Assembly (NCBI RefSeq): GCF_018977255.1
Contig: NW_024704743.1
Span: forward strand, 104,720,001-104,780,000
From: Callorhinchus milii
Lineage: Eukaryota
Direction of reading: 5' to 3'
DNA length: 60,000 bases
The notes beneath the pieces are model-generated. The model did not search any database. It was not told where the DNA came from and saw only the letters and a list, made by a program, of their open reading frames with translations. A program made the position numbers and the translations under genes. Below, one piece after another: positions 13,182 to 27,200 of the stretch. Position 1 is the stretch's first letter. Each line of letters starts with the position of its first letter.

Positions 13182-13839
13182 AATCCTTGACAGCATTTTA
13201 ATACCGAGGTCAGTTGTGTAAGAAGATCAAGTTCAAGAAATACTCCCAGGAGTTTGACCAGATTCATAAACTTTCATTAAAGAATCATCACTCACTTCAA
13301 TGGCAGCCTGCCAGAGATGGACCTATTGGATTTATCATCCAAGTGGGCCTTTGTTGAGCAGGAAACCTGATGTGGCATTTCCCCACCAGACTGTTTTTGG
13401 ACTGGAACAAATGGGAATATATTCCCTCAGCTAATATTTTATAGCAATTGCACTGAAATTGCTTTCTTCTCTTGGAATGAAATTTCCTTCAAGGTGATGA
13501 ATTTTTACAAACATCTAATAAAATGCAAGGCCCCACATGAGAAACCTATCAACTGTAATTAAAATTTATACTTTTTTTATATAAAGATCTCATTGAAAAC
13601 TCATTTTTACTTTTAAACCAATTTTCTCAAAACTTCTTGCTTTGGATATGGTTTCCATATTACTAATTTGCCAGTTCACTGTGAATGGTGTCTTTGTAAA
13701 GAAATAAATAACTGGCAGGCTTCAGATTTGCAATAGTACCTTATTGTACCATGCCTGTGTCTAAAAGGCAACTATCGTTTTTCAAAGTGCCTTATTTTAA
13801 CTCTTTCCATTCGCCTGCAAATATATAATCACTCTGCTT

Positions 13840-14215
13840 TACAACAACAATTTACATTTATATAGCCTCTTTCATTTTGGGAGCATGCCTCAAAGAGTGT
13901 GTGTGGGGATGGGGAGGAGGGTAAACTGGCTGAAAGCAGGTAGGTCATAAAAATGGGTTTTGAAGGTGAATGAGGGATGGGACACGGAGAAAGGACTCCA
14001 GGATAGAGTTTCAGTGAGTGTGGGCAGAGTGGCTGACTGTTTGCTCAAAGTGCGGTGGGTGATGAGTTTAGGAGACAGGAAGCAGGCCAATATTTGCTGA
14101 GCAGTGGGAGCAGCCGTGGCAGCAAAGACAGAAGAGGTGGCAGAGGTAGCAGGTGCAAGGCCATGGAGGCATTTGAAAGCAAGTTTCAGAATATTGAATT
14201 CAATCCTTTGGGAAA
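13840..14215 (-). mobile_element. L2 LINE 3' fragment, degraded
   Basis: PISQRIEFNILKLAFKCLHGLAP; ACAACAACAA tail at the low end. Confidence 0.75.
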
Positions 14216-15682
14216 TGGGGGAGTCAGTGGGGCAAATCATGCAGAAGATGTGCAAGAATTTGTAAGTCTTAAAGAGTGGAGGTGAACAAGATCATTGATT
14301 TTACAGAAAAGATTTATGGCTCAGTTAGATACATTTCTAACTTATGATTTGTAGTAATTGGAGTCTGGATTTTTGAATGGTGAGAGAACTGGACTTTTGT
14401 GATTGTAAATGGGGTGAGTTAGTTAAATGACTGGTAAGGTGGAATGAGAAGCAGTACAACATCCAGTCTAGACTGCTCTTACTTCCCACTGAGAAATATC
14501 CTGGAAACAGCTCGAAGGAAATATTAGGCTGCCTGGATTTCCACTGAAATTACCAGAATGTCTTTCATCTCCAAAAGCAAATGTTTGTTAGGCTGACATG
14601 ACAACAAGTTATAGTACAGATTGATAAAAGGAAACAGGGCTTTGGAAGCAAGGATAAGCCCCTTAATCTTTATTTGAACAGATTTGCATTTATATCAAAG
14701 GAAAATTTAAATTAAATATAAATGAGCATATTTGTTTAAATTCCATACCTCAGCACATTATCTGCATATTAAATCCCAATTAAGTGCAGTCAACTCCATA
14801 AATCTGGTGATCTGATGTAAGGAGAATTGAAAGGGAGAATTCAGTGGAATGCAAATCCTTCCTATCTGTTCAGTGTTAACCATTTCTTTATGCAGGACAA
14901 TGTGGTTTTCTACAGGGGCTCTTTAATGCAGGTCTATGCAGAGTTAACGGATCTTAGGCCAGTTATTATGGGTAAAATAAATCGATCAGGATTCCTAAGT
15001 CAATTGCTACCCAATGACTCCAGTAAACTGTGAAGTAATTTTGCTCGCTAGTCTATTTCAGACTTCACTGACTTGGAATCTGGAATTTTCTGGCTGCGAA
15101 TGTTGTGGTTAATTTCACAAAGTTGCAATTTAATGCAATAAATACCATTTGTGACAATCACAAATTGAACACCATAAACTGAACAATCAATTGATTGGTG
15201 CATTATTTAGATATCTCAAAGGATCATTGCACTTCAGTCTTTAGATGGCTGGTATTATTACACTTATTAGACAGAGATCATCAAACACTCCTTGAAGCAC
15301 AGTGGTTTCTGTTTGACTGGGATGATGAACATCCTGTCTGTAGAAAACATAAAACTGGGCTTGAAGGACAGAAGTTGAATCACTATTTTGGCAGAAAAAA
15401 AGGGGAGGTTAGAAGACATTTTTCAGACAGAATGTTGTTAGCGGATGGAATGCTGTACTAACAAATGTCTTTAAAGCTGAGGTATAACAACACTTAAAAG
15501 AAACATTGAACTAATAATCAAAGAACAATCTAAAAAAAATCCATAGGAATCAATGGGTAAAGATTCAGAGTAAGTGGAATGGAATAGGATTAAAGCATGT
15601 AGGTCTTGAAGGGGAACTAGGACCAGCACAGACATGATGGTTCAAATGATTTTCTATGATGGAAACCCTCTATGATTCTAAT

Positions 15683-16740
15683 ACAACAACAATAAAACAA
15701 CTTGCATTTATATAGTGCCCTTCAAGTGGGGTAGCGTCCTAGAGCGCTTCACAGTGGCGGAGTCTGACCCCCAGTCAAGGGAAGACAGAGGCGTAAGGTG
15801 ACTATAAGCACGATCAAAAAGAAAGGTCTTTGGGCGGGATTTCAAGGTGGGGAGGGAGGAAGTGTGCAAGGCGGAGGGATTGAGGGAAAGCGTTCCAGAG
15901 TTTCGGGTGACGTGGCTGCAGGCACGGAGGGTACGATGGACAAACAGCAAGCCAGAGCCAGCTGAGGGGAAGTAGCGGGTGGTGGAGTGGGAGGGAAGAA
16001 GGTCAGATAGGTAGGGAGGTGCGAGGGCATGAAGTGATACAGAGTTTTGTGCGCATGAGTATCCGGGCGGAGAGTTTTGAATGGATTTTGTGTATGGTGG
16101 AACTGGGGAGACCAACGAGGAGGGCATTGGAATAGTCCAGCTAGGAAGTGAGAAGACTTGGATGAGGGTTTCAGCTTCATCGGTTGTGAGATTCGGACAG
16201 AGGCGAGCAATGTGGTGGAGGTGGTAAAAAGTGGTCCTGGTCAGGGAGCGCATGTGTGGTAGAAAGGAAAGCTGGAGTTCAAAGCTGATGCCTAAGTTGT
16301 ACACAGGTTCAGAGAGTCTGAGGGAGAGCACGGAGAGGTTGTCTGCAGATGACATTGCTGAGAGGGAGCATGTAGATGAGGAAAAGAAGGGAGCCAAGGA
16401 TGGAGTCTTGGGGTACCCTGCAGGTGACTAGGCAGGGGCAAGAGGAAGAAACATTGGCTGAGATGAGTGCTGGTGGTTGGTTAAGTGGGACTCGAACCGT
16501 ACGAGTGCGGTCCCACTAAGATGGATGAAAGAGGATATGCGGGGAAGGAGGATGGTGTGATCGACTGTGTCGAACGCAGTGGAGAGGTCCAGGAAGACAA
16601 GGAGGCAAAGGAAGCTCTGGTCACAGAGAGAGAGGATGTAATTTGTTACTTTTACATGGGGTAAGAGGAGGAGGAGGCTGCCAGGCAGATGTTATCTATC
16701 TTGGAGATAAAGAAATCCAAGACCTCTTCGCACTTGGCAT
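15683..16740 (-). mobile_element. L2 LINE, degenerate with internal deletions
   Basis: Clearly similar to 3657-4995 (GGATGGTGTGATCGACTGTGTCGAACGC); LSEPVYNLGISFELQLSFLPH; 3' tail. Confidence 0.9.
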
Positions 16741-17619
16741 TAGATGTTAATGTTAATTACTCTCTGCTTATATAAAGATTTGTGAGTAGCACAAAACCAT
16801 AGGTAATAGATGGATAACTCACTAATACACTGAGTCTGAAATCTACGTATATGTATATTGATTGACTAATGAATATGCAGCCTCTAACAGCAACTTCCTG
16901 ACCATTGCTACTGTCTGATTGAGCCCTTCTACAGTATTTTAGCATTCTACAGTTAAAAGTCCAGACAATAGTTTTCTAACTTGGTTGAAATTGCCGCACA
17001 CACAATTAAAGGACTGAATTAGAAACATAATGACCCATGAATTATCATTGGAGTGTGTACATTGTTTCTCCAATCATCAATTTGTCCAGCATTTTTTTTG
17101 TTAGAGTACAAGAACACATAAATCTATTGAATGTGAAAAGGTCACTTGGCTCATTAAGCTTGCTTCCCTAAAGACTATGTGCAATATTTCCATTCCTGGA
17201 CTCCAACCAGCCCACTCAATTATTGAGGGAAGCAAAGCAACCAGAGGTAAAATCTCTAAGAAGATAAAGCTTAGTGAGACTCCTGCGCAATTGTTAAAGG
17301 TACTCAAGCGAAATACCAAGGTATTAATGCAACCTTGCAAACTACATTATTCAATTCTGACTAATGATATTCCACAGATGGGATGACTCATCCAGAAGCA
17401 CAGGAACTATTATGTCCCATAGAACAACATGATCACTTATGTCTAATGTTAACATTTATATCTTCAGAATTGTTCTAACTAAATGAGAAGTCCATTTGTT
17501 CTTAACTAATATCGGTATCTATTGTCCTTCATAAACCACTTGAATTTCATACTTTATTGTTTATCACATAATTAGAATAATTAGATTAGTGTCCTGCAAC
17601 TATTATCCAAGATGTACAT

Positions 17620-17990
17620 AATAGTAATAATCCTTGCATTGTTAGGTATTATCATACCTTATCATGTTGTCAAAATGCTTCACAATGTGGTCACTGTATT
17701 CTGTAGGCGAACATAGCAGCCTATTTTACACACAGGAATGTCCCACAAAGCGCCATGAAGCCAATTATCAATTTCTTCTGAAAGATTGTTGGTCAAAACA
17801 CCAGTGGAAACTCCCTTCACTTTTTGAACAGTGCCGTAAGATATTTAACATCCCCCTGAACAGGTAAACATGAAATGGTTTAATGATTAATTCAAAGGAT
17901 GACACTTCTAACTCCCTCAGCACTGCACAGGGGTGTCAGCTGAGTCTTTGAGCTGTGACTGTGCGGTGAGAATGTGAGCCAGGCTGATAC
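17620..17990 (-). mobile_element. Deu-domain SINE
   Basis: TTTAACATCCCCCTGAACAGG...CCCTCAGCACTGCACAGGGGTGTCAGC is the reverse-complemented Deu core. Confidence 0.7.
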
Positions 17991-20253
17991 TTATACTGTA
18001 ATATAATAATAACAATCCTTACATTTGGTATAGCACCATTCCTGTTGGGAGGACGTCTCAAAGTGCTTCACAGATGTACTGTATAGTGGAGTGACTTATG
18101 GGTGAATATATTGTATGAAATATGAATTGGAAGATGAAAATGGAATCAGTGAGCGTGGCACTGTAATATATCCATAGCAGAGTGTGCTGCGATATGAGGT
18201 TCACTCCTAGTACATAAACAAAACAGCGAATTATGATGCCAAGTGAACAGAACAGCAGGATGTGATTCAGATAGAGGTATAATATGATGACAACAAGTGT
18301 GCTGTGCGCAATTGTCTGCAGTGGTTCGCCCACAAAATATGCAGTCAATTCACTTTAAATATTTCCTGTGAAGCACTTTGACATTTTTTGATGACATGAT
18401 CAGGCACTATATAAAATGCAAGAATTAGTATTATTATTATTAATACATCTGTTTTTACAGAATGTGAAGAAGGCTTTTCTAGGTGTTACAATCCATTGAT
18501 AGAGAAACTGAGACAATTAATCCAGATTTTACAAATTGAGCAGGATTAAGCGATAGTTTTCTTATCTTGTCAGAATATAAATGTGTTCTATTATGGAAAA
18601 AGCTTTGATCTCCATTCGGTACACAATCCATTTTATTACTTTATTGCTTAGTATATATCGCCATGAAACACACAACTTTGCAATTAGCGGTGTATGAAGG
18701 AGGGATCCAAGCTGTCAAACAGCCTCCACACTGTAAAACACAAATCACAGCCACCTGCTATTTCTGCTGCTGGAGTACCAAAACAGCCTTCTTCTGCTTC
18801 AATTCCATTAAGTGTTGAGGTCAGCCCTGGGCACACTAATTCACTTGAGCAAGATAAAATCAACAACAAAACTTGCATTTATATAATGCTCTTCATGTAG
18901 GATAACATCTCAGAATGCTTCAATCCAGGTTTGGTAAGACCAATAGTACAAGAAGTGTTATGGGGTTAATGGGGTAGGAAGCTTAGCAAGGGAGAATGGG
19001 GAGAGGGAAGTAACAATATTGTGGTCAAAGAGGTAGGTTTCAAAGTGGGATTTAGGATACATAGAGAGGCATGTGATGAAGGAACAAGTGAAGGGAGTTC
19101 CACAGCTAAGGGCACAGTGACTGAAGGCTGGTCACTGATGCTGCAGGGATGTGCAAAGAAGTTCATGAGAGGATTGCTAGCAGTTCTGTGATAACCATAA
19201 AGTGCCATGTGAGTATCTAGTTCCAGTTGCTCCAAGCCAACACTATTTTTTATGCACACAATGAAGGATTGTAATATAGAACAGTGCAGTGAAGCTTCTT
19301 GAGGTGGAGCTGAAACTCATCTATAGAAATGGTTCCCAGTGCTGAGTACTGAGTACTGAAACAGCAGTAATGCTAAAATGCTGCCCTAGTAAATGCTGAC
19401 CGGGCAAAGTTCTCAGCCCACCTTTACAGACCAGCAAAACATTTCTTGAACTGTTGACCTTACCAAACCTATGCCATAGGTATGAGATAAGATAAGACTT
19501 CCAACCAGTAAACAAAACTCTCGTATTACAACTAACTGCACGAGCAATAACTAACTCATGCCAATTGTTACTGGTATCTGCCACGAAATGTAAACTGAGC
19601 AAATTAGACAGCACCTGACCCATTACACACCCACTTCTCACTGAAGCATCTCTGTCATAAAGGGGTCAAAACTTAGGTTTTCCTAAATACATTCAATTCA
19701 GCTATCACCAGTTAAATGTATACCCATCAGGTCTTGGATTTTGAACAAATTGAACACAAATCCGGGATCAAAAAATGTCACCAAAGATCTGACTTCACAC
19801 AGCTCTGCATGACCATTACATTTCTTGCATTGTAGTGTTCAAAATAATGTCATCTTGAAAGAAAGAATTGGTAGATTTTGACTCATGAATAATTAAGAAA
19901 GGTTTTAGCAGAATATCTTCAATGACTGAGATTAATGGAAACAAAATTATCACCAGTGATAATTATCAACAACAACTTGCATTTATATCGTGCCCTTCAC
20001 ATGGGGTAGCATCTTGAACATCTCATATTTTCATCTGCTAATTTCAATCACAGCAAAACTAAAAACAGGATATAGACTGTGAAGATTTCACCTGCAGTCG
20101 TTTTCATGTTTATTTGCCTACATGATGGCTTTGTCACTGAGTTGTCACTCCATTTGTTCTAAGGCATGAGACCGCCCAGAAGATATCTCCAACATAACAA
20201 CAATAGCCCTTCAAACTCAAGACTACCTTTAGCTCCGATGAGGTGGTACTTAC

Positions 20254-20526
20254 CCTGTACAATGATGTGAGCTGATGCTTGGATGGAATCTTGATTGTTG
20301 TTAGCATGGCAGATGAACTGACCGTGTTCCTGCAGAGTAACGTTCTGAATAAAAAGCCCGCCTGAAGACGTTGTGGTATATCTGGAGTGGGGTGAGAGTG
20401 ATTCTCCATTCCCTTTAGTCCAGGTAATTCGCGGCTGGGGATGTCCAGTGGCACTGCACTCCAGGGTGATACTTGCCCCGATAAGAACCTCAGTGTTTTG
20501 CGGTTGAATCACAAAGCTGGGCTTAG
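20254..20526 (-). CDS. PXDNL: Peroxidasin-like exon 10 (Ig2): [38 protein letters not shown]...[24 protein letters not shown]
   Basis: 273 nt overlapping ORF 20159..20512, acceptor ctttctttag, donor gtaagt. Confidence 0.96.
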
Positions 20527-21453
20527 CTAAAGAAAGAGATTGAGGTATATCTCTAAGTTTGCTGATGATACTAGATTGGTCTGAGGAATAACAAAGACTT
20601 TATTTATTTATATAGCGCCCTTCAGACAGAGAAGCGTCCCTGAGCGCTCGACTGTGGTGGAGCACGGTGCTGAGCAGTAGGGAGCAGGAAGGTGACCGTT
20701 AACACAGTCGAAAAGGAAGGTCTTCAGGTGCGTCATGAAAATGGGGAAGGAGGGATAGAGGGAAAGTGTTCCAGAGTTTCAGGTAATGCAGGAAAATACA
20801 GAAGAATACAGACCACTCGGCAGACTGGGCAGATAGGCAGCAATTGTAGTTGAATGTTGCAAATGTGAAGTAGTAAAATAAAAAGAATAACAAGCTAAAT
20901 GACAAAGTTCTTAGATACAAAACATGAACGTTTTCACAGAATAACTATCTTTTTGTGAGATCTGCGTGATGAAGGCTGTAGAAACAGTTCAATTGGAGCA
21001 ATACTAAAACATAGGTATATGAAAAAAACTGTTGTAAATCATGTTGTCAAGGCATATCTAGATGGGTATAAAGAGACCGAGAATCCTTACAATCACTGGA
21101 TTCTTGTTGTTCTTAATATTCATTCTGGTTTGATAAAGATGTTCTTTTAGAAGTCCCCACAGTCATTTTTTTGTTCTTCTATAGACAAACTCATACAACA
21201 TTACTGCACTTTTGTGTTGCAAATCAATCAGTGACTTTTAAAAGTAGTTCTGGTGTAAGCTGACAATGAGACTTTTGTGAAATCTTGTTCTTAAATTATA
21301 GCATAGAAAGAGGCCATTTGGATATCGAGGCTATGTTAGTACCAGCTAGCTCCTCCACAATTTCCAACTTTTCATGGTTTACTTCACAGCTGCTGTGAGA
21401 AGTGAATTTAAATGAAGAAAATGTAGAAAACCCCAGCGAAAATGATTTCTTAC

Positions 21454-21623
21454 TTGGGCTGCCAAAATATCGAAGTAAAACACCCTGGGTTTTGGCCTCC
21501 CCAGCCACGTTTTTGGCCATACATTGGTAGGTCCCCTGGTCAGATTCCTGTGTATTCTGGATCATCAATGTACCGTCATCCAGTAAATTAAGACGGATGT
21601 CATTCTTCATGTGTAATTCATTG
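21454..21623 (-). CDS. PXDNL: Peroxidasin-like exon 9 (Ig1 C-half): [56 protein letters not shown]
   Basis: 170 nt inside ORF 21296..21637, acceptor tgttccag, donor gtaaga, I-set DxGxYxC motif. Confidence 0.96.
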
Positions 21624-22254
21624 CTGGAACATAACAAAGAGATGTATAAACATTAACTGGGCTCAGATTAATTGTGGGAAATAGCTGCAACGTTGCTTCC
21701 TGTGCTAAACTAAAAGCAGAAAGTGCTGGAAATGCAAAGCAATATCACCAACAGATTGCATTTATATCACGCCTTTCTTGATAGGAAGATATCCCAAATC
21801 GCTGATTTTTTAAATATATTTTGTATTTTTTTTGCACCTACCATCAAGGAGTTTAAACTCCACTCTTTTATAAAAACGGGCCAAAACACTCATAAACTAA
21901 ACAATTCCCCAGACTCCTTAATGCATTAATAATCCTTACACTTTGCACATTATGTTACAACCTTCCTACATCGCCTTGGCCATTTCAGATGCAGCCATGT
22001 TAGGCTTGGTGTGAACAGATAAATTTCTATTATCTATTATTTATTAGCATAAATTTCCGAACAGATTCATCATGATAACTAAGAAACTGAGAAATTTCAG
22101 TGGATTATTATAGAGGGGTTTCAGGAATGCACCCCCCCCCTCCCACCAAAAAACATCAACACAATGGCTTACTCCACAGCTTTTAGAAATTGTTCAGTCA
22201 TTATTTTGGATTAGCATCAAGCTAGAGGCAGGACAAAATGAAATAATAAAAATA

Positions 22255-22560
22255 ATAAAATAATAATAATCCTTACTTTTGATATAGTTCCTTTGAAGAC
22301 AGGAGGACTTCTCAAAGTGCTTCACAGAATTTTACTGTAAAGTGTAGTGACTGTGATTTTGTAAACAAATAAGTAGCCACTTTGCACACAGTAGTAATGA
22401 ACTGAATGACAAATGTTATTTGGAGGAATTGTTTGCCATGACACCATGAGAAACTTTCTTCTCTTTTCAAGTAATGCCGTGTGAACTTTGATGTCCACCT
22501 GAACAGGCAGATAGAACCTCGGTTTAATGTTTCTTCGGAAGTTTGACACCTCCAACAATG
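22255..22560 (-). mobile_element. Deu-domain SINE, 3' part
   Basis: GATGTCCACCTGAACAGGCAGATAGAACCTCGGTTTAATGT and (TAA)n tail. Confidence 0.75.
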
Positions 22561-22561
22561 C

Positions 22562-22930
22562 AGGTGAGAATAGAGGTGATAGAGGGTTCAATATTATAAA
22601 AGGGTTCAATAGGGTTAGCGTAAATAGGCTGTTCCCACTTGTTAGAGAGTCAGTAACCAAGGGATACAAATGTAAGGTAGCAATATTGAAATCTAAAAAA
22701 ATAATTTAGGAGGAACTGCTTCACGCAGAGAGTGGAAAGAATGTGAAACTCATTGCCTGAAGCGGTGGTTGAAACAGATAATATTAGATGCATTTAAGAG
22801 GAAGCTAGATATCACATGAATGAGAACTGAATAAAGGGTATGGGAGGGAGTAAGGAGTGAGTGGTGACTTATGTGGAGTATAAATGCCTGTTTGAGTGGT
22901 CTATTTTAGTGCATAAAATGCTATTTGAAC
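22562..22930 (+). mobile_element. CR1 LINE 3' end
   Basis: FNIIKGFNRVSVNRLFPLVRESVTKGYK; TTCACGCAGAGAGTGG...GCATTTAAGAGGAAGCTAGAT. Confidence 0.82.
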
Positions 22931-23454
22931 TTTCACATTTAATCACATAATCACAAATTAGTACTTTTTTGGTACACATCTTTGGTTCAGCTTCATAACA
23001 TATTTAGCAAAATATGTTCATTTGTTATATTTGCTCACAGAAATAGCACAATTTATTTTTGACTAATGTATTGAGAGAATTCAGAAATCTCATTGAAATG
23101 GGAAACGGAGCACAAAATAACAAAATCTTGTAAATTTTATTCTGGTTGCAGGGAGCTTCTCATTTTGAAAGAAAATGATTTACCGGATTAAGCGGTAATT
23201 GTCGAATAGCAATGCAGTGCTTCCGGAATAATAACTACATATGTGATCACGTTGACGGCTTCAGGGTTTAGTTTTTTAAGTCATTTTGTTGCTTTAATTG
23301 GCAAAAGTCTATGTAGCAATTTGTACTGATTCTTCCTACTTAGGTTTACCAAATAATGTTGCAAAAATAAAAAAGTCAGGACAGTTTAAATGATTTTTAC
23401 AACATCTACTTTTTGTTGTGGCACTTATGCTTGTTGTCAGCTAACACAGGCTTG

Positions 23455-23720
23455 AAACCCCCCTCTCTCCCCGAGCCACCATCAGTAGCCAAGCCTTCAG
23501 CCATCATGCCCCCAACCTCCGGAACTCCCTGCCTCTATACCTTCACTTTGCCGCCTCTCTTTCTATCTTTAAATCTCACCTTAGAACTTACGTCTTTAAC
23601 CACGCCTATGGCAACCTGCCCTCTCCCCTTCCCTCTAGCACAGCATCAAACCCTGCCACTGTGAAGCGCACCGAGACATCATGTTGCATGAAAGGCGCTA
23701 TGTCAATGCAAGTTTCTGTT
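23455..23720 (+). mobile_element. L2 3' fragment
   Basis: Pyrimidine-rich ORF2 end followed by CTGTGAAGCGCAC...TGAAAGGCGCTAT tail. Confidence 0.75.
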
Positions 23721-24180
23721 AATGTGTTATTATGAAATCTACCTGTGAATCGGTTATGAGAGATTTTATTTTACTGCGGTGTCCTGTCTCATTCGTTGAT
23801 CTGGAAGTGGTGCGATGATGCCACAGAAGCAGAGTGATTTCCCTCTGATAAACAGAGACTTACACCAGACACCGAGGCAAGAATCAGGTGAGCTTCAGTG
23901 ATTCCTGACCGCAAATTGTTGTCTTATGGGAGAATCCGGCAATGGGTATCTCTGATTGACTCCGGGCGACAGAGTGAGGGAAGAGTCAACAGTCTTGCTA
24001 TTGAACAGCTAGGTCACATTTGTAATAATTTTCACCCGCAATAACAAACAAATCACAATTTTCAATCCCATAACTCCAACTTTGTAAGTTTTAAAATTCA
24101 AACTTGTTAGAAAAGCTGAGCACATGCTAAATGAACAGGTTTATCATTGGGGTCTCCAGCATTAGTTACTGAGCACTCAC

Positions 24181-24298
24181 TTGTTGTGCAGCCATACAAT
24201 TTTCGGCTTAGGATTACCCTCAGCTCTGCAGGTAAAGTAGACTGTGTTTCCTAAGGTCACATCCACATCCCGGGGCTCTGAAGTAATGCGGGGCCTCT
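24181..24298 (-). CDS. PXDNL: Peroxidasin-like exon 8 (Ig1 N-half): [39 protein letters not shown]
   Basis: 118 nt, acceptor ttttcccccccag, donor gtgagt. Confidence 0.96.
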
Positions 24299-27200
24299 CT
24301 GGGGGGGAAAAAAATAAACAGCTGTGTTACAGAGATATTAAAACTGCTCGAATTTTATTCAGAACAGAAATATTTAATTGTAGTGGATTCTCTCAGACGT
24401 TGGTCTGTGGTTGGATGAATAAACATGTCAGTAATAAAAAGCAGAACATCAGTCTTGACTGTAATGATTTTTATTTCCAGCTTATATTCCTTTTCCACAG
24501 CTTGAACAACTCAGATAAGCAGACTGGCTTTGGTTTGAATTTCTAACAAAACCATTCAAAACTTTTGATATCTGTAACTGAATTAAATCACTAAACAACT
24601 TGCAATTCTCTAGCACCTTTCATATAGAATAGTGTCACGTGCAGGGAAGATGAAGCCACTGAGCAAGAGAGAGAAGAGGGTGGGTAGGAGCAAAGTGATT
24701 AAAACATGATCTAAACAGAAGGGAGTTTCTCCAAGTGTCCTGGCCAACAAATAATATTATTCATTCATATCTCAGCTGTTTGTGGAACATTGCAATGTGC
24801 AAAATTGGCTGCCGTATTTGCCTAAAAAATACACAGTCACTTCACTTTACAGTAAATCCTGTGAAGCGCTTTGTGGTGTCTTCCCGACATGAAATGTGCT
24901 AAACCAAATGCAAGGATTATTATTATTATTAATAATAATAAAGCTTTTGAAAGGGTTTTGAAAGCAAGAAGAGATGGTTTGAGGAAACAATGTTAAAAGC
25001 AGCGGATGGTTCAAGCAGCAGACAAGGAGGTATATGGAGCCTGATCACACACTGAGAAGATGTTGTTAAGACTAAAGACACTGTGTACTATTTAAAGATA
25101 AATGGATAGAAATATAAAATAATGATTTGTTGAAAATGCAATATTCTCAAACTGGATTCAAGTGGCTACCCGTTTGCAAAATCAAATTGCGAGGTTCATA
25201 GTAAGATTTGCAAGCAGTGAATTGTATGCCCCCAACCACTGAAATAAAGGTGCTTTTCTGGCAATCATTAACTCAAATCCAATTTTCACAAATGTAATTT
25301 CATCCCCAATGTTTATCTTAAACATTATGTTATTGTGTGGAGAGTTGGAAGGTACATAAGTGTCTACTAAGTCGGGACATTGATCAGCTGCCAGGCAGTA
25401 ACAATGTAACCATGGTTTAATGCTGGTGAAGAGAAATTCAGACAATGAAATACTGTAGTGTCACAAATATAGTACACACAACTGGGACTGGCATCAGCCC
25501 AAGGCATGAATGGAAATGGAAAGGATTAATTTTTGAAAATGTATTTTGGTGACTGAAGTTTGAAACTGGTATTCAGCTGCAGATTCCAATTATACTTACC
25601 TCTGAAAACTTTCTCTAATCCCTACTCTCCTACCTGCATGTTCTGCTGATTCTGGTCTAATGCTCTTTATGTCTCATCATTGTTGACTGATCCTTCAGCT
25701 ACTATATCCCTGCCTTCTTGAACTATCTTCCAAAATGTATTTGCTTTGCTTCATTTCTCTCTCTGTTCTCAAAACTCTCTCAGAAATATATTTTTAATCT
25801 TATTTATTGTCAATTCTTCCTTCCCCCTGCTTGGTGCTCCCTATTTATTAACTTCTATATGTATATACCTCTATTAAGCTAGATTTAATAAGACTTTTAT
25901 TCCATGTGAAAGGCACTTTGCAAGTAACAAATGGTTCTGCGAATCACAGCAGAAGACTTGGAAAGAACATGCTATGGATATGAATTACTTAGTGGGTGAA
26001 CTTTAAAATACATTTACAGAAGTACTTCAAATACTACTTTTAAGTTTGGAAAAAATGTCTTGGAGAACATTTTCAGGAACTGAAGCCAGAAAGTGCTTTC
26101 GAACCATAGCCTTTAATCTCAATACACCAGACACCAGTGTATCAGCAAGAACTTTAATAAGGCAACATTTTCTTCTGGATTTCCTGATTGTAAATACTAT
26201 CGGGATACATTTGCAACATTTGCTGACAAATTAAATCTGAAAATTATCACACTGAATCTGTTTTAACAGGAGAAGAATGTCAGTCGATAGTTTCCGACTG
26301 CTTTTAGACCTGGATCACCCCCTACTTCCTTCAGCACAACGGCTGTGCTCGAAGGTGATGTGATTGAAAAGAGATGACACATTAAACCAAGGCCCTGTCC
26401 GCCTGTTCAGCTAGATGTTAAACTCCCATGGCACTATTCAAAAAGACAAGGAAGTTTCTCCCAGTGTCCTGCCACAACTAGAATTGTTTACTCTGTAGCT
26501 GTTAGTGTACGTTACCGTGTGGAAATGGGCTGCTGTTTTCGCCTACTAAATACAGAGTCACTATACTTTACAGTAAATCCTGTGAAGTGCTTCGAGACAT
26601 CCTCCTGACGTGAATCCTGACAGAAATTGGATGCCCAACAAATTGGTACACGGCAACTATGCTGCAATTTATCTCGTTCCTGACAGGTCCAAGTTACAAC
26701 TCTTGTATTTTTGACCCATAACCATAGTGAAAGTGATACTTGCTTCTTCTGATTTATACTTTACTGCAGGGAAGGCAGTACCCTTTATAATAAGGAACAA
26801 AACAAAACTAACCTTTCAGCCATCCCAAAGCCTAAACCTTATTTATTAACAGACATACACGTGACCTGATCAAATGAGTCAGACTGGGATCATTTCACAT
26901 TTTTGCTATGGCTTTGCTCTCATCCTTGCCAGGCATATCAGTTACAGAGAATAGGAGGGGTGGCTTGCACACTGCTGTGATTTACATATATCCATAGCAC
27001 TTACACTCAACAGAGTGAGAATATCATTTGTTAAGTGGCTGATATTTTAATGGGAAGAGAAAAAAGGCATTGAAGAAAACAGGCAGCTTGACTTAAAGCC
27101 AGGTGTCATATTTACTATAAATTTGGAGGCAGAAAGAGTTATTGGCAATTTCGAGCTTGCTAAGTGAACACATGTCCCCCATGTGTTTTTCATCTTGCAT

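Noticed and set aside
1..20253. PXDNL exons 11-12 (PPQFTV.../YECQAV)
   Set aside because: No such coding segment found by eye; candidates near 11073-11125 and 16950-17030 have stops or no similarity. A very diverged exon cannot be fully excluded without tblastn.
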